Shown piece after piece: positions 52,101 through 61,100 of a DNA stretch of 64,000 nt. The stretch is from Phoronis australis (lineage: Eukaryota > Animalia > Phoronida), in contig NMRA01000439.1 in the NCBI GenBank assembly GCA_002633005.1, positions 62,001 through 126,000 on the forward strand, given 5' to 3'. Position numbers and translations under genes: made by a program. Every line of letters starts with the position of its first letter. The stretch's first letter is position 1. The notes beneath the pieces are model-generated. The model saw only the letters and a list, made by a program, of their open reading frames with translations, ran no database searches and was not told the origin of the DNA.

Positions 52101-55100
52101 TAATTTAACGCTGCATTTCGCCCCACACAGGTAGCTAAAAACGACAACTGAATTAGTCCTTTTACCCTCATAAAATCAGCCTCAAAAAAGTCTCTGCAGT
52201 GATAGGACTTGTTGTCTGTAACCCAGAACATACAACAGGTCGAAAAACGCATCAGAAAATGGTAGAATTATTAGGTTGGCCAACACTCAAATTTGAAAAT
52301 GCAAACACCAAGTTCCATTCAAAAACAGGTCAGTCTTATGACACAGCACTGACAATTTTCCAGGAGGATGCTGCAGATCAGCTGTTGGTTCTTTGGTTAA
52401 GAGTTTGAAATATGTTTTAAGATTAATTTCAACCCTTTGATTTTTTTCTGTCATAATAAATGACATTTCCAGCCAAAATCCGCTATCCTATTTATGGCAT
52501 ACTGACATCTTTGTGAAAAAAGCTTACCAATTCAGGGTAGAATATGGTCGACACATGAAATTTCATTTACTTATTTTTTATAGGTATGTAGCACCAAACT
52601 AAAGCATTAATATTTTTAAATTCTGTAAAATAGATACAATATGACATTGAGACTGTTCACAGCAATGTTAGACGCCCTTGAAAAACCCGTCTCTCCCCTT
52701 TTCCACCAGGTGTCCTACCTTTCCTGTGTCTGTACTGCAGTCTATACATTGCACCTGAATGTTGCCATGAGTAGCACCTGGAATGATCTGTACACGTTGG
52801 AAGTCACTCGCTAGAATCACGATGTCACAGCCAGCAGCATACGCCTACAACGTGAAACAACTCCTATACAGAATTTGTGCAGAGACTTTCACTCAATAAA
52901 ATCACCATGTCGCAACAGGCAGCGTAGACCTACAACGTGAAACAATTTTCAGAGAAAAAGCATTTGGTGGATTTCACACAATAAAATCATAATTTTGCAA
53001 CAGGCTGCATGGGTCTACGATGCAAAACAATGTCCATGTAGAAAAATCATAACCTAAATAATATTGTGACACAACTGCCAGGATACATATTCAATGTGAA
53101 ACAACTTTAATTGGAAAGTCATAAGGTGAATCTCGCTTAATAAATACATGATATTGCAACAAGCAACATGGGCCTACGGTATGAAATGAATTGCATAGAA
53201 AAAGTATGCTCAATTTCACCCCATAAAATCCTCACATAAGTGCCAAGACACACCTATAACGTGAAGCAACTTCTATTGAAATGTTGTGTCGTCACTTTCA
53301 CACTATTCAACACAACACCTCTGGCAGCATATATACACGTACAATTTGAAATAAGTTCCAATACAAAATCATGCAGGACAAATACACCCCCAAAAAAAGT
53401 CGCGTCGCACCTAAGTTCTAACAGTGCATCCATACAGAGCAAAAAATTCCAACAAAACTCGTGTGAACTCCGCGTGTTAGAATTAGATCGTCACAGTGTG
53501 ATTAAAATTTAATTGAAAAATTTCACATAATACATTAGTGTCACAAGCAACAGTACACACGCCCTCATAAAGGAAGTATGAAATGAAGGAGAGATATCTC
53601 ATGTAACCTGTAATTAGCTAAACTTATCAGGTTATACGTCATCAGGTTATAACTCATCAGGTTATAACTCATCAGGTTATAACTCATCAGGTTATAACTC
53701 ATCAGGTTATAACTCATCAGGTTATAACTTATCAGGTTATAATTCAATTGTCGGACAGAATTTTTTGCTCCAGCATATCTTCAATTAGAGTTTGTAATGA
53801 TCGAGGTAACTCGTGCTATATAAACTATGAGTGCAGAAAGAATGTGAATTACCGTATTCAAGCAGGACAGAAAGAGGTTACCGGGTAAGAAGGTTTATGA
53901 CTTTTTAACCTATTTTCCTATGAATTTGAAGTTTTGAACCTGTTTTAGAACCGCTGAAGCGGAATATCAGCCAGGTCAACATACTGTCTTGTAAGTGATC
54001 CTACCCTGTCGATGGTATTGCACAATCTCTAACCACGTAATAGCATTTTTTTAGTCTCATTTTAAGCAATGGGTCACTGGAGTTATTCAGACGATGAAGA
54101 GGCGTCATTCCGAAGGAAAAGATATTTTCCGAGTGTCCACAATTGGAAGAGTACACACTGCCAACCCATCCCCCAGAAGAAGGTCCCAAAGGTTTTCAAC
54201 CAATAGGGATAAAGATCTTATGTATGAGCATGCGACATGACCAATGGCAAAACTTAACTTGTTACCTATAAAATTGTGTTCTAAATTAGCGAGGTTTTAC
54301 TGTACATGCCCTGTTCAGAGGGCAAACCCCAAAGCAAGTTATTGCCAGCATAATGGCAGTACCACCCACGACATAATTAACAAACAGCCAGACTAACAGT
54401 AGTAGCTTTTTTTTCCCTAGGTGACTCCGTAAAGTAATTTCAAATCTTGACTTCTAGCACGAATCTGGTATAATGTCGAACAGATTAGCCTAGCGAGAAA
54501 TAATCTATATGCCATTGTGATGCAAGCCAAGACCAGTTGAGGCCATCAGTTCTACATGATGTCCGTAGCAATGGTCTAAGTGATAATCCTAATTACATTC
54601 TCTGCCTGACTAATCAATATACATGAATAAGAGCTCCCCATGCAATAAAGACACGTCAAATGGAGTTAGGCCAAAAAGTGTAGTTGGTCGATGAGATGCT
54701 GTGGGGGAGGATGGGGTGATGTGACAGCGACAAGCCGCGGCATTTACACCTGGCTTGCATGCGCTTGTGTTGGCTTTGAAAACGAATTTCCAGATTTGGG
54801 CAGCAGTTAATGACGCTTTTTTACTTGGCGAAATTTAGGCGAAATAAATTTCGCCAAGTATGTTGCTTTGTCATTTATTCTTTAAGTAGCCAGGCGCCCA
54901 TTTTAAAATGAATCGAGCCAAAGACCAAAACCAACTAAGCAAAAGCTGACTCTCACCTAGAATTCCTCTCGCACAACAGGCTCATGAATCCGCAAAAAAT
55001 TAATCGCCAAAGTAATCGTTATTCAAACAACAAGCTTACTATCACTACAATCAAATTTGCCATCGTGTTTTCCATGACAACAGCACAGAACTTTATCATA

Positions 55101-58100
55101 ACCATGAGGAAGAATTTATTATTTTATTTTTAGTAGATAAATTTTAGACAAATTAAAATTCACCTGCTCCCATTGAGTGTGCTAATTAACACTTAAGCAG
55201 GACCATAAAAATGTCCAAATTTGGCTAACTTTGGAGTAGCTATCTCGGAAATGATTTGTTGGAATCACATTAAATTTCCAAGAACTATGCCTTAAGCACT
55301 GTTCTCCAAAACACTGATAGGAATTGCTTTTAAGATGTTCCACTTTTGCATGAGTGGCTATCGAAAATGGGAATTTTATGATTTTCATAAAAATATCTTA
55401 AGTGGTATAAAAGAAAAGGAAATGACATTCTAGGAAACTTTAACAGCGTTTTGGAGATTCTATAATGAGCTGTTACACAAGATGAAATTTGATCATGATA
55501 TTGATAGCATTGTCTTGCTACCAATGCACCTGCTTTGTTGCTACTTTTACACAATATATGCCGAGTTAAAATCTATAGTTTTCTAGACATTTAGCTAAAT
55601 GGGCAGACTTGCCAATACTGTCATACATAAACTATCAGTGCATGGTAGGACAGACAGTTCAACTCGATTGCATAAGATTTAAGTGCCTTTCACATATCAA
55701 TTTACTACTACTGAAACAAGTTGTGGCTGGTATATAGAAAGACAAAGGGAGACTGGTTTGTAAGCAGGGTCAACTTGACACACATGGGTGCGACAACTTA
55801 CCCCTCCTTATAGGGCTTGTTAGTTCTTCTATTCAACACACACTATTGTGGACATGTGAAATTTTATTTTGTCAAAAAATAGACATTTTAGTCTATATCG
55901 GCTAAGTTTGCACTATGTAAGCCATAAAGAAAATTACCACAACTTGATCCAGGGTAGCTTGTCCTGAGACAAGTCATAAAGTAGTCGCAAACCTGCAGAC
56001 AAGGTAGGCGTATTCGACAGCAACAGTTGATCACAGGGTGTCCAATCCTGTTTATGCCATATTTGTAGCAGGTTGTAGGTGTGAAGTGAGGACGCTCCAG
56101 GTGACTGGGGTCAAATTGCTCTTTAGACTAACGAAATTTGTAGCGTGGGCGTGACTTTAATCAAGTTGCATTTCACCCTGTTCAGCTGGCTGAAGAACGA
56201 AAACCGAGTCAAGCCTTTTACCCATACAAAATCCATTTCATACTCCTTACCGTGATAGGATTCCATGTCCATTACCAACTCAAGCCACAGGCAAATCCAT
56301 ACCTGCGCCACTTTGGCAAACTACACGCCATTTGGTCAACCCCTGTCACAGGCATGTCCGTACATGTGCCATTATGACCAAATCCAATAAGCATTACGTA
56401 CACGTACCATTTGGTCAACTCCGATGAGCTTTTGTCACTTTTTTGAATTGCTGATGATTTCAATACACTTGCTAGTGATGAAAATACAATCCTATACGGG
56501 TATGCAATATTGTGAGATCGATTTTATGACAGTAAAAGGCATTTTTTTCGTATTTTATCCAGCTTAACAGAGCAAAATGTCACATATAGTGCTGCAAAAC
56601 CCAAGAGTACTTGAAAATTTTTTACCACAACACCCCCTCCCCTACCCAAGTAGCAGCTCAATCCAATGTCAATTAAAGAAAATCCAAGTCACAAGAGAAA
56701 GTGCTAGAAATTACTGATACACAGTGAACAAATCCCTACTTGAAATTGTCTTGAAACAAAAAAGTGCTGTGTCAACACAAATGCGAAATTTCATTCAGGT
56801 TTAGGAAAATTATTTGGAGACGAGGGAAAACAGACGGTAATGAATCACACACTTGGGATTTTCATACTATAAGCAACTTCTCTTATACTAGCAGACACCT
56901 TAAGCAGTGTAAAGTTAGCCTCATTTACAACAAATAGTGTACACGCATATTGAAGTTATGAATACTTCACATTGGATGCAATTTCAATCAGTTTAAAAAC
57001 AAAAGTAATAAAGACCTCAAGTTTCATTTCTTCGCTACAGTGATTTCTCATTTATTTACACACAATACAGCCGACGAGTGAAACACTATTTTGTCAAATT
57101 TTTCCACAAAAATAAGAATTTTGCCTACTCCTAACACTCCTACTGCGTAAATGACACAAAAAATGTTGTTCCGTTACTTGCAGTTTAGTAACCTGATCCT
57201 TTGAAAATGGAAAATGACGATTTTGGGAACTTTTTTGAGTGGAAAAGGTGGAAAATTACCATATATTCCAGTATTTACTAATCATAAAAGTACAACCATA
57301 CAGGTCTCATTGTACCTATATTCAATCTTCATCGATTTGCGCTAATGCAATTATAACACTGTTATGTAAACGACTTAAGGATTCTGTCATGTAAATGTGT
57401 ACGGAAATTGCCATGTAAATGTCTACCGAGACTGCCAGGTAAATGCTGACCACATTCTACTTTGTAAACACCTACCGTATTTTGCCATGTAAACGCTCGT
57501 TGATGTTAAGCTTTACACAACGCAAAAAGTTGGGGATGGGTAGACCAACCCCAATAAAATCAACGACATNATAGACAGAAAAAGGGAGACTGGTTTGTAA
57601 GCAGGAGCAACTTGACACACATGGGTGCGACATCTTACCCCTCCTTATAGGGCTTGGTAGTTCTTCTATTCAACACACACTATTGTGGACATGTGAAATT
57701 TTATTTTGTCAAAAAATAGACATTAAACATTTTAGTCTATATCGGCTAAGTTTGCACTATGTATGCCATAAAGAAAATTACCACAACTTGATCCAGGGTA
57801 ACTTGTCCTGAGACAAGTCATAAAGCAGTCGCAAACCTGCAGACAAGGTAGGCGTATTCGACAGCAACAGTTGATCATAGGGTGTCCAATCCTGTTTACG
57901 CCATATTTGTAGCAGGTTGTGGGTGTGAAGTGAGGACGCTCCAGGTGACTGGGGTCAAATTGCTCTTTAGACTAACGAAATTTGTAGCGTGGGCGTGACT
58001 TTAATCAAGTTGCATTTCACCCTGTTCAGCTGGCTGAAGAAGGAAAACCGAGTCTAGCCTTTTACCCATACAAAATCCATTTCATACTCCTTACCGTGAT

Positions 58101-61100
58101 AGGATTCCATGTCCATTACCAACTCAAGCCACAGGCAAATCCATACCTGCGCCACTTTGGCAAACTACACGCCATTTGGTCAACCCCCGTCACAGGCATG
58201 TCCGTACGTGTGCCATTATGACCAAATCCAATAAGCATTACGTACACGTACCATTTGGTCAACTCCGATGAGCTTTTGTCACTTTTTTGAATTGCTGATG
58301 ATTTCAATACACTTGCTAGTGATGAAAATACAATCCTATACGGGTATGCAATATCGTGAGATCGATTTTATGACAGTAAAAGGCATTTTTTTCGTATTTT
58401 ATCCAGCTTAACAGAGCAAAATGCCACATATAGTGCTGCAAAACCCAAGAGTACTTGAAAATTTTTTACCACAACACCCCCTCCCCTACCCAAGTAGCAG
58501 CTCAATCCAATGTCAATTAAAGAAAATCCAAGTCACAAGAGAAAGTGCTAGAAATTACTGATACACAGTGAACAAATCCCTACTTGAAATTGTCTTGAAA
58601 CAAAAAAGTGCTGTGTCAACACAAATGCGAAATTTCATTCAGGTTTAGGAAAATTATTTGGAGACGAGGGAAAACAGACGGTAATGAATCACACACTTGG
58701 GATTTTCATACTATAAGCAACTTCTCTTATACTAGCAGACACCTTAAGCAGTGTAAAGTTAGCCTCATTTACAACAAATAGTGTACACGCATATTGAAGT
58801 TATGAATACTTCACATTGGATGCAATTTCAATCAGTTTAAAAACAAAAGTAATAAAGACCTCAAGTTTCATTTCTTCGCTACAGTGATTTCTCATTTATT
58901 TACACACAATACAGCCGACGAGTGAAACACTATTTTGTCAAACTTTTCCACAAAAATAAGAATTTTGCCTACTCCTAACACTCCTACTGCGTAAATGACA
59001 CAAAAAATGTTGTTCCGTTACTTGCAGTTTAGTAACCTGATCCTTTGAAAATGGAAAATGACGATTTTGGGAACTTTTTTGAGTGGAAAAAGTGGAAAAT
59101 TACCATATATTCCAGTATTTACCAATCATAAAAGTACAACCATACAGGTCTCATTGTACCTATATTCAATCTTCATCGATTTGCGCTAATGCAATTATAA
59201 CACTGTTATGTAAACGACTTAAGGATTCTGTCATGTAAATGTGTACGGAAATTGCCATGTAAATGTCTACCGAGACTGCCAGGTAAATGCTGACCACATT
59301 CTACTTTGTAAACACCTACCGTATTTTGCCATGTAAACGCTCGTTGGTGTTAAGCTTTACACAACGCAAAAAGTTGGGGATGGGTAGACCAACCCCAATA
59401 AAATCAACGACATGTGTTTAGATAACAGAGTACATGTCCTAGAGATTGATTATGTAACAGTAAAAGATCAAATTCAATTTTTGATTTTTCTGGCCGGCTA
59501 AACAGGGCAAAAAGCAGGATTTTTATCTAAAACGACATTAACATTTATCACCCTCTTACAATAACAATTCGTTTCATGTGACATTTTTGTTAATATATCA
59601 TGGCAAGCATGTTTAGCGAACACACATACTGGGCGCTTATTAGGGTGAATGCGGCAGTCGTTCACACAACTACTACCTAATTTGGATTAAAAATACCAAG
59701 GGACACATTTCACTTACAACAGTAGAGTAAATATTACTATTTTTGAAATTCTATTTCAGACAATGCCAAATGACACACTGCAGTCCCTAACAGTCATTGG
59801 GGATAAGGAAGTGAACTGCACAATTCAATAACAGCTGGAATGTAAACATCAATAATTACTATCATTCTCAGATATGGTAGGCACATATACAGTACCCAAT
59901 GCAGGTAAAATGAGACATCAATATTCATTACGACAACTATGAACACAGCAATCAAACGATACCTCTGAAAAGGCATCGCTTGAAACATGTTTTTGGTTTT
60001 ATTACTTGCTAAAATTTCTCCCCGAGTCCGTTACTTAAATTTTTACTTGCCGAAATAAATATCGCTAGAAAGCTAGAAATAATTTGGCATGTGGATGGAT
60101 CTCTTCTGGCCCTATCATCTGCTTATCACTAGGATTTGCCCTTATCGAGTTACGTGATTTTCCAACAACAATTGACTTCTCTTCCTAAAACCTGAATGTG
60201 AATAGACCTCGTCAAGCACTACATACTTTCCACTATACATTTCTCCGTCCAATTTACCATTCTTAAGACATTCGAGATTTACTGGTCCGATGACTGTTCC
60301 TTTTTTGACTAATTCCTCCCTTCATTTTGGTTAGTGTACATATCATACTCATTCTACACGATGCATTTTTTGTTTGCTCAACGTGAAATTTTGTTTGTCC
60401 CATGAAAAGCTCAAGGCCTTTGGTTTCGGGGTGAAATCAGTCCACTAAGACAGTACTGAGAGAACTGCTATCTGAATAATCACTAGAATAAGTTTATCTC
60501 CACGGTCCTCAAGGAACCGCCTGAAACTTGATACAGAGATCTCCTCAAAGGCTATTTGGAGTGTATCATAAGTTTCTCGATACAACTTGCTACTTTCGAG
60601 ATTTTCCGACTTAACAGCTATGATTACTATAAACCAAGTCTTGAATGCACTTTTGTTAGTGTATCATTTAAGGTGCTTCGGGGTCAGGGGTATCAGGGTC
60701 AGAGTACAATAGTGTCACTCTCTGGTCCGAATTCTTTCATTTTGTTCTTCACCAGATTATCTCACAAGATCAAATTTGAAAGAGGTCGCACAAGAGTCAA
60801 GGACCAACCAATGACATTCTGGACAAGATCGCACATGTTATACACTGATGCGGCAACAATTCACAAGCAAAATACTAAAACTAGTTCTACTTTGTCAGGA
60901 ACGATCTAAAATTATCATCACACAAACATACTGACATTATAACTCCTCATTAAGAACGTTAATTTACCTCCAACTACCAAAGAGTTCCACGGACACAACA
61001 GGTTAATTTCTAGAGCCATACCCACCTCCCCCCAGCATATTCTGTACACAGCTGAAAATGTTGACAATTACAACATCAAAATCAAGTGTTTATGAGCCAG

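Noticed and set aside
53565-53747. ORF with SYNLM repeats
   Set aside because: Translation of a 15-bp minisatellite
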